Shown: positions 43,862-53,840 of the stretch, piece by piece | How the letters are laid out: the number at the start of each line of letters is the position of its first letter | Position numbering within the stretch: position 1 is the stretch's first letter | Origin: Allofranklinella schreckenbergeri | Lineage (GTDB): Bacteria > Pseudomonadota > Gammaproteobacteria > Burkholderiales > Burkholderiaceae_C | NCBI RefSeq assembly: GCF_003703475.1 | Contig: NZ_RDQM01000001.1 | Span: forward strand, 147,044-211,043 | Reading direction: 5' to 3' | Length of the DNA stretch: 64,000 nucleotides | Notes under the pieces: generated by a model | Databases searched by the model: none | Seen by the model: only the letters and a program-made list of their open reading frames with translations | Told to the model about the DNA's origin: nothing | Position numbers and translations under genes: made by a program

Positions 43862-43940
43862 TTTACAAATCAAAGGAATAATAATCACCCTGTTTTGGCA
43901 ACATGGCAATCAAGTTGAATTCACTTTGTTTTGCAATCAT
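43862..43940. repeat. AT-rich palindromic intergenic repeat, copy J (partial right arm)
   Basis: tttacaaatcaaaggaataataatcaccc .. tgttttggcaa. Confidence 0.5.
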
Positions 43941-45328
43941 TACAACTCCAGGCCACCCTGCTGGGCCGGGGGCGTTTTGCGGCGCACGGCGCGGGGTTTG
44001 GGCACCTGTAGCGCCACTTGCCCTTGCGCCAGGCGCGCTTGCACCGTCTGCCCGGGCTGCAAGGCGGCCGCATCGCGCACCACCTGGCCTGTGGTTGTGG
44101 TCAGGATGGCATAGCCTCGCTCGAGTACCTGCTGCGGGTCGAGCATGCGCAGGCGCAGGGCGGCTTGCTCCAGCGCCCGGGCCTCTTGCAGCACGCGCTG
44201 CTGCGCGCCCGCCTGCCAGCGCTGGGCCAGCGCCTGCAAGGCCTGGCTGTGCTGTTGCCCCTGGCGTTGCACCTGCCATTGCAGGCGCTGGGCGGCGCTG
44301 GCCAGCGCGCTTTGGTGGCGCAGCAATGCCAGCGAGGGGCGCGCCAGGGTGCGGGCGGCTTGCTGCAAGCGCTGGCTGTGGCGCTGCAAAGGCTCGTCCA
44401 CCGCCTGCGCCAGCCGGTCGTGCGCCTGCTGGCAGGCTGCCAGGGCCTGGGCCTGTGGGATGGCCGCCAGCTCGGCGGCGGCTGTGGGCGTGGGCGCGCG
44501 CACATCGGCGCACCAGTCGGCGATGGTGACATCGCTCTCATGCCCCACGCCGGCGATCACGGGCACCGGGCTTTGCACGATCAGCCGCGCCAGCGCGGGG
44601 TCATTGAAGGCCCACAAATCTTCCATTGAGCCGCCGCCGCGCACCAGCAAGATGGTGTCCACCTCCACCACGCCGCCGTCTTGCCGGGGCCAGCGCCGCT
44701 GCGCGTACAAGGTGCGCAGCGCCTGGCACAGCGATTGCGGCGCCCCCGCGCCCTGCACCAGCGCGGGGGCCAGCAGCACGGGCACGTGGGGGGCGCGGCG
44801 GCGCAAGGCGCTGATGACGTCGCGCAGCGCCGCCGCGTTGGGCGAGGTGACCACGGCCACGCCGCGCGGCACGGCGACCGGGGTACGCTTGCGGGCGGTG
44901 TCGAACAAGCCCTCTTGCTGCAAGGCGTCTTTCAGGCGCAAAAACTGCTCGTACAACTGCCCCAGCCCGGCGCGGCGCATGTGCTCGACCACCAACTGCA
45001 AATCGCCGCGCGCGCCATACACGCCCACCCGGCCCTGCACGACGACGCGCTCGCCCTCGCGCGGAGTAAAGCCCAGCAGGCTGGCCGCGCGCCGGAACAT
45101 GGCGCAGCGCAACTGGCCTTGCGCATCTTTGAGGGTGAAGTACCAGTGGCCGCTGCCCGCTTGCGTCAGGGAGCTGATTTCGCCCTCCACCGCCACGGCG
45201 CCAAAGCGCGCCTGCAAGGCATCGCCAATGGCCAGGCACAGCGCGCCCACGGGCCAGATGTGGGGCGCGCCTCGCGCGGCGGTGGCGGCGGTGGCACCCT
45301 CGCCCGGGCCCCAAGGGTTATGCATCAT
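43940..45328 (-). CDS. xseA: Exodeoxyribonuclease VII large subunit
   Basis: OB-fold N-terminus (GEISSLTQAGSGHWYFTLKD..RCAMF) and catalytic domain. Its 5' end overlaps the xerC stop by about 10 nt, so the true start may be a few codons downstream. Confidence 0.88.
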   Translation of the reverse strand: MMHNPWGPGEGATAATAARGAPHIWPVGALCLAIGDALQARFGAVAVEGEISSLTQAGSGHWYFTLKDAQGQLRCAMFRRAASLLGFTPREGERVVVQGRVGVYGARGDLQLVVEHMRRAGLGQLYEQFLRLKDALQQEGLFDTARKRTPVAVPRGVAVVTSPNAAALRDVISALRRRAPHVPVLLAPALVQGAGAPQSLCQALRTLYAQRRWPRQDGGVVEVDTILLVRGGGSMEDLWAFNDPALARLIVQSPVPVIAGVGHESDVTIADWCADVRAPTPTAAAELAAIPQAQALAACQQAHDRLAQAVDEPLQRHSQRLQQAARTLARPSLALLRHQSALASAAQRLQWQVQRQGQQHSQALQALAQRWQAGAQQRVLQEARALEQAALRLRMLDPQQVLERGYAILTTTTGQVVRDAAALQPGQTVQARLAQGQVALQVPKPRAVRRKTPPAQQGGLEL

Positions 45329-46448
45329 CTTGGGTTTCGTCCTTGTTCAAGCTTGGTGCGGCCGCCCGCCCTTCGGGCAAGTCACCGGGCAGATCTCCAG
45401 GCAAGTGGGCGCGCGGGTGGGCGGCGTCGTAGATTTTGGCCAGATGTTGAAAGTCCAAACGGGTATAGACCTGGGTGGTGCCGATGTTGGCGTGGCCCAG
45501 CAGCTCCTGCACGCCGCGCAAGTCGCCGCTCGATTGCAGCACGTGGCTGGCAAACGAGTGGCGCAGCATGTGCGGGTGCACGGGCGCGCTCAGGCCCGCC
45601 CGCTGGCTGCGCTGGCGCAGGCGCTTCCAGGCGTTTTGCGCGCTCAGGCGCTGGCCGCGGCGGCCGATGAACAGGGCTGGCTCGTCCGCACTGCCAGGGG
45701 CCAGCAGCAGCGCCCGCGCCGCGCGCCAGGCCTGCAACGCCTGCATGGCCGCGCGACCAATGGGCACGCTGCGGCGCTTGCTGCCTTTGCCGATGACGTG
45801 GGCTTGCGCATCGTGCCAATCCACCCAGCCGCGCCCCTGCTGCTCAGCCGCTGCGCTGGCTTGCACATCCAAGCCCAGCAGCTCGCCAATGCGCAAGCCG
45901 CTGCTGTAGAGCAGCTCGGTCAGCGCCGCATCGCGCAGCTCCAGCGCCTGTTCCTCTGCGCTGGCTGCCGCGCTTGCATCGCCGCCCGCACTTGTTCCTG
46001 CACCTGTAGCCGCAGGGCTGCGCCAGGCGGCCAGTTGCACCGCCTCATCCACCCCCAGCGCCTTGGGCAAAGGCCGCGGGGCTTTGGGCGCGCGCACATC
46101 TTGCACCGGGTTGGCTTGCAACCAGCCCTGCCGCACCGCCCAACGGTAAAACCCGCGCCAGCCGCTCAAGATGAGCGCAATGCCGCGCGCACTGCGCCCC
46201 TGGCTGTGCATGGCCGCCACCTGCTGGCGGATGTGAAAGGGCTGCAAGTGCAAAACATCCACCCCGACGGCATTGGCTGCCTGCTGCAAGCGCAGCAAAT
46301 CGCCGTGGTAGAGCGTGACGGTGCGCGCGGCCAGGCGTTTGTCCACACGCACATAGTCCAGGTATTGCCGAAGCTGCGGCGCCAGCGGCGGGGGGGACGG
46401 GGGCGGTTGGTCGTGGCGCTGGGGCGCCCGGGAGAGGCGGTTTTTCAT
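45318..46448 (-). CDS. xerC: Tyrosine recombinase XerC (with a low-complexity Ala/Ser/Gly insert)
   Basis: R..HxxR..Y catalytic residues (LRHSFASHVL, GHANIGTTQVYT). Start refined to MKNRLSRAP. Confidence 0.82.
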   Translation of the reverse strand: MKNRLSRAPQRHDQPPPSPPPLAPQLRQYLDYVRVDKRLAARTVTLYHGDLLRLQQAANAVGVDVLHLQPFHIRQQVAAMHSQGRSARGIALILSGWRGFYRWAVRQGWLQANPVQDVRAPKAPRPLPKALGVDEAVQLAAWRSPAATGAGTSAGGDASAAASAEEQALELRDAALTELLYSSGLRIGELLGLDVQASAAAEQQGRGWVDWHDAQAHVIGKGSKRRSVPIGRAAMQALQAWRAARALLLAPGSADEPALFIGRRGQRLSAQNAWKRLRQRSQRAGLSAPVHPHMLRHSFASHVLQSSGDLRGVQELLGHANIGTTQVYTRLDFQHLAKIYDAAHPRAHLPGDLPGDLPEGRAAAPSLNKDETQDDA

Positions 46449-46604
46449 GGTCGGGCATCTTGCCATTGATGCTGGCCCTGAAACGCTCAACGGTGATGTC
46501 GGCAGTGCGGCCCCTTTCGCACCCGCACCAGGATGTCGGCCTTGGCAGGCACGGCAAAAACAGCCCGCTTATGCCCAATACCTTTGCGCTAGCATCGCGC
46601 CCCT

Positions 46605-47270
46605 ATGTTGTTCACCTCACCCCCTCCCCTCTCCCGCCGAGCCCTGCTGGTTGCGGGCGCAGCCTGGCCTTTCATCCCCGCCACCGCGCAACACGCGCCA
46701 GGCCCCAACGCGCAGGGCGCACAGCCGCAGCGCCTGAGCCTGCACGAACTCACCCACGATGCGCTGCTGCCCACGCTGGGCAACCCACAAGGGGACGCCA
46801 CCATCGTCAAGTTCTCCGACTTTCAATGCGCTTACTGCAAGCGCAGCTACGCCAGCCTCCAGACGCTGCTGGAGCAGGACGCCAAGCTGCGCGTGGTGAT
46901 ACGCGATTTGTTTGTGTATGGCGAAAGCTCCCGCCATGCCGCCCGCATGGCGCTGGCCAGCGCCCAGCAAGGCCGCTATGCCCAGGTGGTCAAGGCGTTG
47001 TTCTCGCATTCGGGCCGTTTGAATGAGGAGCGTGTCGAGGCTTTACTCACCGCGCAGGGCGTGAACGTGCCCGCCGCCAACCAGTGGGTGGCCAGCCAGC
47101 GCGACCGGCTGGATGCCTTGTTTGATCGCAATGTGGAGCTGGCGCGCACGCTGGGCTTCAGGGGCACGCCCAGCTATGTGATTGGCCGCGTGACGGTGCC
47201 CGGTGGCATCCCGCAAGACAAAATGCGCGAGCTGGTGGCGCAGGCGCGCACAGAGCTGGCGGCGCGATAA
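46605..47270 (+). CDS. DsbA-family thiol:disulfide oxidoreductase (Tat or Sec signal, CxxC = CAYC)
   Basis: RRALLVAGAAW signal, FSDFQCAYCK active site, thioredoxin-fold length. Confidence 0.7.
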   Translation: MLFTSPPPLSRRALLVAGAAWPFIPATAQHAPGPNAQGAQPQRLSLHELTHDALLPTLGNPQGDATIVKFSDFQCAYCKRSYASLQTLLEQDAKLRVVIRDLFVYGESSRHAARMALASAQQGRYAQVVKALFSHSGRLNEERVEALLTAQGVNVPAANQWVASQRDRLDALFDRNVELARTLGFRGTPSYVIGRVTVPGGIPQDKMRELVAQARTELAAR

Positions 47271-47418
47271 AACACGCCCTTGCCCCTGCCTGCGCTCCAA
47301 GGGCACGGGATTGTTGAGCAGCCCGCCCGGACTGCACCGAACAAGCGCGGGTTTTGCTCCACAATCGCGCCCTTTTTCTGTAGAAAACTGTCAACCTGGG
47401 CCGCCCCAGGCCCACAAA

Positions 47419-47449
47419 GGCGGGCATCGCATTAGGATGCCCGCCTTGT
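47419..47449 (+). other. GC-rich hairpin GGCGGGCATC-gcattag-GATGCCCGCC just upstream of the dynamin-like gene (terminator or leader structure)
   Basis: Perfect 10-bp inverted repeat followed by TTGTTCGCTT. Confidence 0.4.
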
Positions 47450-47479
47450 TCGCTTCATCTTCCCCAAAAGAGACCAGCC

Positions 47480-49504
47480 GTGAATAGCGAGAGCCGCGAA
47501 AGCCAGACCTTCAACCAGCGTTTTGACCAGTACGGGCAGTGGCGTGCCTCATTCGGGCAGGAGCTGGCAGGCTTTGCCGGCTGGCTGGAAACCCAGGGCC
47601 TGCTCAACAGCGCCACCCAGGAGCGCCTGAGCCGCCTGCAAGAGCAAGCGGCGGCAGACAAAATCACCGTCGCCTTCGTGGCCGAATACTCGCGCGGCAA
47701 GTCGGAGATGATCAACGCGCTGTTTTTTGCCAGCTACGGTCGGCGCATCATGCCCGCCAGCGCCGGGCGCACGACGATGTGCCCCGTGGAGCTGACCTGG
47801 GACGCCTCCTATCCCCCCGGCGTGCGCCTGCTGCCCATCGAAACGCGCAAGCTCAGCGCCAGCCTGGCCGACTGGAAACTCAAGCCCAGCGCCTGGGACA
47901 ACGTGGCGCTGGATGCGCGCTCGGCCGACAGCGTGGCCGACGCCTTGCAGCGCGTCACCGAAGTCATCGAAGTCAACCAGGACGAAGCCCGCCGCCTGGG
48001 GTTCTGGAACGATGAGGACGCATCGGACAACCCGCCCGTCAACGCCGCAGGCGCCGTCGAAGTGCCCAAATGGCGCCACGCTGTCATCAACTTCCCCCAT
48101 CCGCTGCTCAAGCGCGGCATGGTGATTTTGGACACCCCCGGCCTGAACGCCATCGGCGCCGAGCCGGAGCTGACCGTCAACCTGCTGCCCCAGGCGCAAG
48201 CGGTCATCTTCATCCTGGGCACGGACACGGGCGTGACCCGCTCGGATCAGCAAATCTGGCAAGAGCACCTCTCGCGCCATGTGGACTCGCTGGGCCTGCG
48301 CCTGATCGTGCTCAACAAAATCGACATGCTGTGGGACGGCCTGACCTCGCCCCAGGAGCAGGCCGAGCAAATCAAGCGCCAGCGCCGCAGCGTGGCGCAA
48401 ACGCTGGGCGTGCCGCCCAACCACGTCATCGCCGTCTCGGCGCAAAAAGCGCTGCTGGCCAAGATCAACAAAGACGAGCAACTGCTGCGCGCCAGCTCCA
48501 TCCGCCAGCTTGAATCCATCCTGGTGGACACCCTGCTTGGCCAGCGCCACGTCATCCTCTACCGCGCGCTGCTGCGCGGGCTGAGCGACATCCGCAACGA
48601 AGCCAAGCAACTGCTGGGCTTTCGCCTGCGCGATTTGACCGAGCGCATCCAGGAGCTGGGCAGCCTGCAAGGCAAGAACAACAGCGCGCGGCGCAGCATC
48701 CGCATGCGCATCGCGCGCGAGCGCAAAGAGTTCGACAACAGCGTCAGCAAAATCCTCAGCCTGCGCGCCGCGCAAAACAAACTGCTCAACGACGCCTTCC
48801 ACCAACTGGGCGCCAAAACCATCAAAAACGAACTCAACCAGCTTGGCGAAGCCCTGCAAGGCAAGATCCTCACACTGGGCTTTCAAAAGCGCTTTCTGGA
48901 GACGTTTGCCAACCTCAAGGAAGTGATCGAGAGCTGCCAGGCCATTGCCGACCAGATGCAGCGCATGCTGGCCGACTCCTACGACAGCCTCAATACCGAA
49001 TTCGGCTTTGCGCTGCAACCGCCCACGGAAGTGGATTTGCGCCAGTTCATGCTGGACCTGGACAAAATCGCCGACGGCAACAAGCACCACTTCAGCGTCA
49101 CCAACGCGCTGAAGTTTTCCTCCAGCGAATTCAGCGCACGGCTGGTTTCGGCCATCTCCATGCGGCTGCGCTCGGTGTTTGAAGCCGCCTCCAGCGAGCT
49201 GGAGCTGTGGAGCAAGACCGCCACCGCGCCGCTGGATGTGCAGCTCAAAGAGCGACGCCACAACTTCATCAACCGCAGCGAAACCATTGAGCGCATCGAA
49301 AAGGCCGACCTCGATTTGACCGAGCGCCTCAAGGAATTGCACGAAGAAGCAGGCGGACTCAAACACATCGCCGACCAATTGCAGCAGCGCTGCGAGCAGC
49401 TCGAACTCTCGCTGCACACCATCACCCGCACGCTCAACATCGAAACCGGCGCCAGCGCAGCGCAGCCCGCCCCAGCACAGCCGCGGCCACCAGCAGAGGC
49501 ATAG
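47480..49504 (+). CDS. Bacterial dynamin-like GTPase (CrfC/YjdA/LeoA-like)
   Basis: G1 motif AEYSRGKSEMINALF, G2/G3 region DTPGLNA. Long coiled-coil C-terminal region. GTG start. Confidence 0.72.
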   Translation: MNSESRESQTFNQRFDQYGQWRASFGQELAGFAGWLETQGLLNSATQERLSRLQEQAAADKITVAFVAEYSRGKSEMINALFFASYGRRIMPASAGRTTMCPVELTWDASYPPGVRLLPIETRKLSASLADWKLKPSAWDNVALDARSADSVADALQRVTEVIEVNQDEARRLGFWNDEDASDNPPVNAAGAVEVPKWRHAVINFPHPLLKRGMVILDTPGLNAIGAEPELTVNLLPQAQAVIFILGTDTGVTRSDQQIWQEHLSRHVDSLGLRLIVLNKIDMLWDGLTSPQEQAEQIKRQRRSVAQTLGVPPNHVIAVSAQKALLAKINKDEQLLRASSIRQLESILVDTLLGQRHVILYRALLRGLSDIRNEAKQLLGFRLRDLTERIQELGSLQGKNNSARRSIRMRIARERKEFDNSVSKILSLRAAQNKLLNDAFHQLGAKTIKNELNQLGEALQGKILTLGFQKRFLETFANLKEVIESCQAIADQMQRMLADSYDSLNTEFGFALQPPTEVDLRQFMLDLDKIADGNKHHFSVTNALKFSSSEFSARLVSAISMRLRSVFEAASSELELWSKTATAPLDVQLKERRHNFINRSETIERIEKADLDLTERLKELHEEAGGLKHIADQLQQRCEQLELSLHTITRTLNIETGASAAQPAPAQPRPPAEA

Positions 49505-49515
49505 CGCACGATATC

Positions 49516-49604
49516 CAAATTTACAAATCAAAAAGACACAAAATCACCCAATTTCGGCAACGCGGCATTAAAATCAAATTTCCAATGAAATGGAATTGAT
49601 GCAC
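49516..49604. repeat. AT-rich palindromic intergenic repeat, copy K
   Basis: tttacaaatcaaaaagacacaaaatcaccc .. aatttcggcaa .. aaatcaaatttccaatgaaatgg. Confidence 0.6.
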
Positions 49605-49624
49605 CCGATGCCGCGCCACGCCCC

Positions 49625-50839
49625 TTGCCCATGCCCCCCGCGCCCCTGCCCTCTTTTGCCACCCGCCTGATCGACTGGCAACGCACGCACGGCCGCCACG
49701 GCCTGCCCTGGCAAGGCACACGCGATCCCTATCGCGTCTGGCTCTCGGAGATCATGCTCCAGCAAACCCAGGTGCAAACCGTGCTGGCGTACTTCCCGCG
49801 CTTTATCCAGCGCTTTGCCGATGTGCAAGCGCTGGCCGCCGCCAGCGCCGATGAAGTCATGCAACTGTGGAGCGGCCTGGGCTACTACAGCCGCGCGCGC
49901 AACCTGCACCGCGCCGCCGGGCAAGTCGTGGCGCAGTTTGGCGGGCAATTTCCCACCCAAGTCCAGGCCCTGCAAAGCCTGCCAGGCATTGGCCGCTCCA
50001 CCGCCCACGCCATCGCCGCCTTTTGCGCGGGCGAGCGCGTCTCCATCTTCGATGCCAACGTCCAGCGCGTCGTCGCCCGCTACCTCGCCTTTGAGGGCGA
50101 CCTGGCGCAAGCAGCCCATGTGCGCCAGCTCTGGGCCTTGGCCGATGGCCTGCTGCCCGCGCCCGATACCGATTTGCGCCAGGCCATGCCCGCCTACACC
50201 CAGGGCCTGATGGATCTGGGCGCCACCACATGCACACCCCGCCGCCCGCAGTGCCCGCGCTGCCCCGTGGCGCAAGACTGCCGCGCGCTGCGCACCGAGC
50301 GCGTGCTGAGCTACCCCGTCAAAACCCGCAAACTCAAACGCAGCAGCGAGACCTGGTACTGGCTGGTGCTGGCCGACGGCCCATTGCACGCGCCCGGCAC
50401 GCATGTGCTGCTGGAAAAGCGCCCCGAGCGCGGCATTTGGGCGGGGCTGCATTGCTTTGCCGTGCTGCCCAGCCAAGAGGCGCTGCTGGCCCGCCTGACC
50501 CATTACACCGAAGCCGCTGCCCTGGCCGGTTGGCCTGGTTGTGCCGGTGGCGCCGATCAGGCGGCGCGCCCGGCCCCTGCGGTGCAATGGCACAGCGGCT
50601 TTCGGCATGTGCTCACGCACAAGGATTTGCTGCTCATCCCCGCCCTGGCCCGCCTGCCGCACGCTGGCGCACAGCCCCGCCCCGCGCTCTGCGTCGGGCC
50701 GCAAGAGAATGGCGCGCCGCTGCGCTGGGTGGCCGTGGGCAACATCCTCAGCGGCGCTGTGGCCACGCCCGCGCCTTTGCTGGCCTGGCTGAAGGCGCAG
50801 CAGAGCTGCACCAGCAGCAGAATTACCAATCAAATTTGA
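49625..50839 (+). CDS. mutY: A/G-specific adenine DNA glycosylase
   Basis: HhH-GPD region (LPGIGRSTAHAIAA), [4Fe-4S] cluster loop C-x6-C-x2-C-x5-C, C-terminal NUDIX-like domain. Confidence 0.9.
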   Translation: MPMPPAPLPSFATRLIDWQRTHGRHGLPWQGTRDPYRVWLSEIMLQQTQVQTVLAYFPRFIQRFADVQALAAASADEVMQLWSGLGYYSRARNLHRAAGQVVAQFGGQFPTQVQALQSLPGIGRSTAHAIAAFCAGERVSIFDANVQRVVARYLAFEGDLAQAAHVRQLWALADGLLPAPDTDLRQAMPAYTQGLMDLGATTCTPRRPQCPRCPVAQDCRALRTERVLSYPVKTRKLKRSSETWYWLVLADGPLHAPGTHVLLEKRPERGIWAGLHCFAVLPSQEALLARLTHYTEAAALAGWPGCAGGADQAARPAPAVQWHSGFRHVLTHKDLLLIPALARLPHAGAQPRPALCVGPQENGAPLRWVAVGNILSGAVATPAPLLAWLKAQQSCTSSRITNQI

Positions 50840-50904
50840 ATAAAAAAACCGGGAATTTCAATACCATATTGCCAAAGCAATGATTGAACATTTCCTTTGA
50901 TCGG
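50824..50904. repeat. AT-rich palindromic intergenic repeat, copy L (diverged core)
   Basis: ccaatcaaatttgaataaaaaaacc .. gggaatttcaataccatattgccaaa .. tttcctttgatcgg. Confidence 0.5.
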
Positions 50905-50923
50905 GAAAGCAGCGCCACCAGAA

Positions 50924-52390
50924 TCAACGCCGCCAGAACGAAGGCATGAGCAGCACCATCATGCTGAGAATCTCCAGCCGCCCCAGCAGCATGGCGAACG
51001 AGCAGACGGTGAGCTGGAAGCTGTTCATCACCGCATACGTCGAGGATGGCCCCACCAGCCCCAGCCCAGGGCCGGTGCAGTTGATGCTGGCGATCACGGC
51101 GGAAAAGGCGGTGACCAAATCCAGATCGGTAAACACCAGCACCAGCCCCAGCAGCACGATGGCAGTGATGTAGAACATCATGAACGCCAGCACGGAGAAA
51201 ATCACCTTGCTCTCCACGATGTTCTGGTTGAGGCGCACGGGATTGAGCACGGTAGGATGCACCAGGCGCGTCAGCTCCCGCGCCGCCTGCTGCACCAGAA
51301 TCAGCACGCGCAGCATTTTCACTCCCCCGCCCGTCGAACCTGCGCTGCTGGCCACCCCCGAGAGCAGCAGCATCAGCAGCGGCGCAAACGCGGGCCAGCT
51401 CAAATAATCCGTGGTGGCATAACCCGTGGTCGTCGCCAGCGAAATGGTATTGAACATGCCAAACCGCAGCGCATCGGCAAACGCATAGGTATTCTTCGAC
51501 CACAAAAACAAGCTCACCAGCAGGCCCGAGCCGACCAGCGCCAGCAGCGTCGCGCGCAGCTCCGCATTGCGCCAGGCCCCGCGCAGGCTGCGCTTGCGCA
51601 CCGCCACGAAATACAACGCGAAGTTGCAGCTTGCAATGAGCATGAAACCTACCGCAATGGCCTCCAGCAGGGGCGAGTCGAAATAGCCAAAGCTCGTGTC
51701 GTGCGGCGACAGCCCGCCCAGGCTGACGGTGGTGAACATGTGCATCAGCGCATCGGCCGCATCCATGCCGCCAGCCCAGAACGCCACGAAACACGCCAGC
51801 GACAGCCCCAGATACACCGACCACAAGCCCTTGGCCGTGTGGGTAATGCGCGGGGTGAGCTTGGTGTCCTTGATCGGGCCGGCCACCTCGGCCTTGAACA
51901 CCTGGCTGCCGCCCACGCCCAGCATGGGCAGAATCGCCACCGCCAAAATCAGAATCCCCATGCCGCCGAGCCACTGCATGAAGGTGCGCCACAGGTTGAG
52001 CGACAACGGCAGCGACTGCAAGCTGCTGAGCACCGTGGCGCCACTGGTGGTCAAGCCGGAAACGCCCTCGAAAAATGCGCCCGCAAAGCCCGGGTCCTGC
52101 CCCACCTGCCGCAAGGCCAGCCAAATCGGCACGCTGGCAAACAGCGGCAGCAGCAGCCACACGCAAGTCACCAACAGCACGCCGTGGCGCGGCTGCAATT
52201 CCTGCCGGTGCCGGCGCAGCTTGTAAAAAACCACCCCCCCAATGGCGCAACCGCCCAGCAAACTGCCCGCGTAATCCAGCCACAAGCCATCTTGCTGCCA
52301 AAGCGATACGGCCAGGGGTGCACTCAGGCACAGGGAAAAAATCACCAGCAAACCAGCAAACAGGCGGGCTACGGGTTTGACATCACTCAT
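50924..52390 (-). CDS. trkH: Trk-type potassium uptake protein, membrane component
   Basis: Multiple M1-P-M2 repeats with GLTTSG/TTTGYAT selectivity-filter-like loops; 488 aa. Confidence 0.9.
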   Translation of the reverse strand: MSDVKPVARLFAGLLVIFSLCLSAPLAVSLWQQDGLWLDYAGSLLGGCAIGGVVFYKLRRHRQELQPRHGVLLVTCVWLLLPLFASVPIWLALRQVGQDPGFAGAFFEGVSGLTTSGATVLSSLQSLPLSLNLWRTFMQWLGGMGILILAVAILPMLGVGGSQVFKAEVAGPIKDTKLTPRITHTAKGLWSVYLGLSLACFVAFWAGGMDAADALMHMFTTVSLGGLSPHDTSFGYFDSPLLEAIAVGFMLIASCNFALYFVAVRKRSLRGAWRNAELRATLLALVGSGLLVSLFLWSKNTYAFADALRFGMFNTISLATTTGYATTDYLSWPAFAPLLMLLLSGVASSAGSTGGGVKMLRVLILVQQAARELTRLVHPTVLNPVRLNQNIVESKVIFSVLAFMMFYITAIVLLGLVLVFTDLDLVTAFSAVIASINCTGPGLGLVGPSSTYAVMNSFQLTVCSFAMLLGRLEILSMMVLLMPSFWRR

Positions 52391-52476
52391 GAAAGACCAC
52401 TATTTCTATAGCAAGCGCAACGGCGCTGGATTGTCGCCGCTGCCAGGGCTTTGCCGGAGCAAAGCTGCCCCATCCG

Positions 52477-53604
52477 TCACAACGGCGCGCCAGGCGCTGC
52501 AAAAGGCTGTAGCGGGGACGATGACGGGGATGCTTGCAGGCAGGAGGCGTGCAGCCCGCCTGCGAACGCGCTTGGGTAACGCCATTGCAGGCCCAGCTCG
52601 CGCTTGATGCGGGTGTTGGGCAGGCGGCGCGATTCGCGCAAAAAGCTCATGCGGTTTGCGCCCAGCGCCTGCTCGGCCTCGGCCAACGAAAGGCGCGGCG
52701 GGCGCGGCAGGCCCAGCACGTCTGCGGCCTGATCGAAAAACTCGCCCAGCTTCATCACGGCATCGTCCACCGCGTTAAACACCCGCATGGCGCGCACACG
52801 CCAGACGGCCAGCCAGCAGGCACGGGCCAGGTCGTCGGCGTGGATGCGGCTGATATACACATCCTCGCGCGCATGCAGCACCGGCGCGCCGCTGCGCAGG
52901 CGTTGTGCGGGCGAGCCGAGGGCGCGATCGGGGGCGTAAATACCAGGCGCGCGCAAGATGGCCACAGCCACGCCACGGCGGGCCAGCGCACGCATGCGGC
53001 GCTCGGCATCGACGCGGCGCACCGCCCGCGCGCTGCCGGGGGCCACGGGGCGGGTTTCGGGCGCCCAGTCGCCGCCGCAATCGCCATACACGCCGGTGGT
53101 GGAGACATAGGCCAGCGCACGCAAGCCTGCGGCCACAGGCGCGCCAGAGCGTGTGTGACGGGCAGAGGCAGAGGCAGAGGCAGAGGCAGAAGCGGCAGAG
53201 GCAGCGCGGTAGCGACGCCATTGGCGCACGAAGTGGGTGGCGCGCTGGTCCGTCACGCCCGTAGGCTGCGGCGGCGCCAAATAAAGCACGCGGGTGGCCC
53301 ATGCGGCCACGCGGCGCAGTGAGGCGGGTTGGTCCAGATTGCCCAGCACCGGAGTGATGCCCGCCGCACGCAGCAGGGGCTGGCGCGCAGCCTGGGAGGT
53401 CAGCGCCAGCCAATGCGGGCGGGCGGGCGCGGCAGATTGGGCAAACTGGCGCACGGCGCGCAGGCCCACATCGCCGCACCCAATCACCAGCACCCGCTCG
53501 CGCCGAAAACGCGCGGGCAGGCCGCGCCTGGGCCGGGTGCCTGGGGCGGAGCGAACAGCAGCGGAGCGGGCAAACCGGCGAGTCAAACGGCCAGAGGCAG
53601 GCAT
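52477..53604 (-). CDS. NAD(P)-binding Rossmann-fold protein (NAD-dependent epimerase/dehydratase / SDR-like) with an internal poly-(Ala-Ser) tract
   Basis: ERVLVIGCGDVGLRA dinucleotide-binding motif. Internal ASASASASASA is encoded by a (GCAGAG)n tandem repeat. The N-terminal 35 aa may be an over-extension. Confidence 0.55.
   Translation of the reverse strand: MPASGRLTRRFARSAAVRSAPGTRPRRGLPARFRRERVLVIGCGDVGLRAVRQFAQSAAPARPHWLALTSQAARQPLLRAAGITPVLGNLDQPASLRRVAAWATRVLYLAPPQPTGVTDQRATHFVRQWRRYRAASAASASASASASARHTRSGAPVAAGLRALAYVSTTGVYGDCGGDWAPETRPVAPGSARAVRRVDAERRMRALARRGVAVAILRAPGIYAPDRALGSPAQRLRSGAPVLHAREDVYISRIHADDLARACWLAVWRVRAMRVFNAVDDAVMKLGEFFDQAADVLGLPRPPRLSLAEAEQALGANRMSFLRESRRLPNTRIKRELGLQWRYPSAFAGGLHASCLQASPSSSPLQPFAAPGAPL
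53155..53205. repeat. Hexanucleotide tandem repeat (GCAGAG)n, about 7 imperfect units, inside the NAD-binding gene
   Basis: ggcagaggcagaggcagaggcagaggcagaagcggcagaggcagc; in-frame, encodes Ala-Ser repeats on the minus strand. Confidence 0.7.
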
Positions 53605-53693
53605 GGCAAGACGTGCAAAAGGGCGGCAAAAAGGGGCAAAGGGAGGGGTTGAGCCAAAAGCCTGTTCAAAGGCAGGGCCTGCGGCGACAAATA

Positions 53694-53780
53694 CCCATCA
53701 ATCAAATCAAAGGAAAATCAAACTCAACACCATCATGCCGAAATAGGCATGAATTTTTTCCTTTTGATTGATAAAAAATC
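53694..53780. repeat. AT-rich nested-palindromic intergenic repeat, copy M (best-preserved copy)
   Basis: atcaatcaaatcaaaggaaaa .. CATGCCGAAATAGGCATG .. ttttttccttttgattgat. The outer arms and the inner hairpin are both perfect inverted repeats. Confidence 0.7.
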
Positions 53781-53840
53781 ACACTCAAAGGCACTCCAAG
53801 CCTGCAAAAGGCTGAACGGGCGCCCGCCCCTCCTTGCGCC

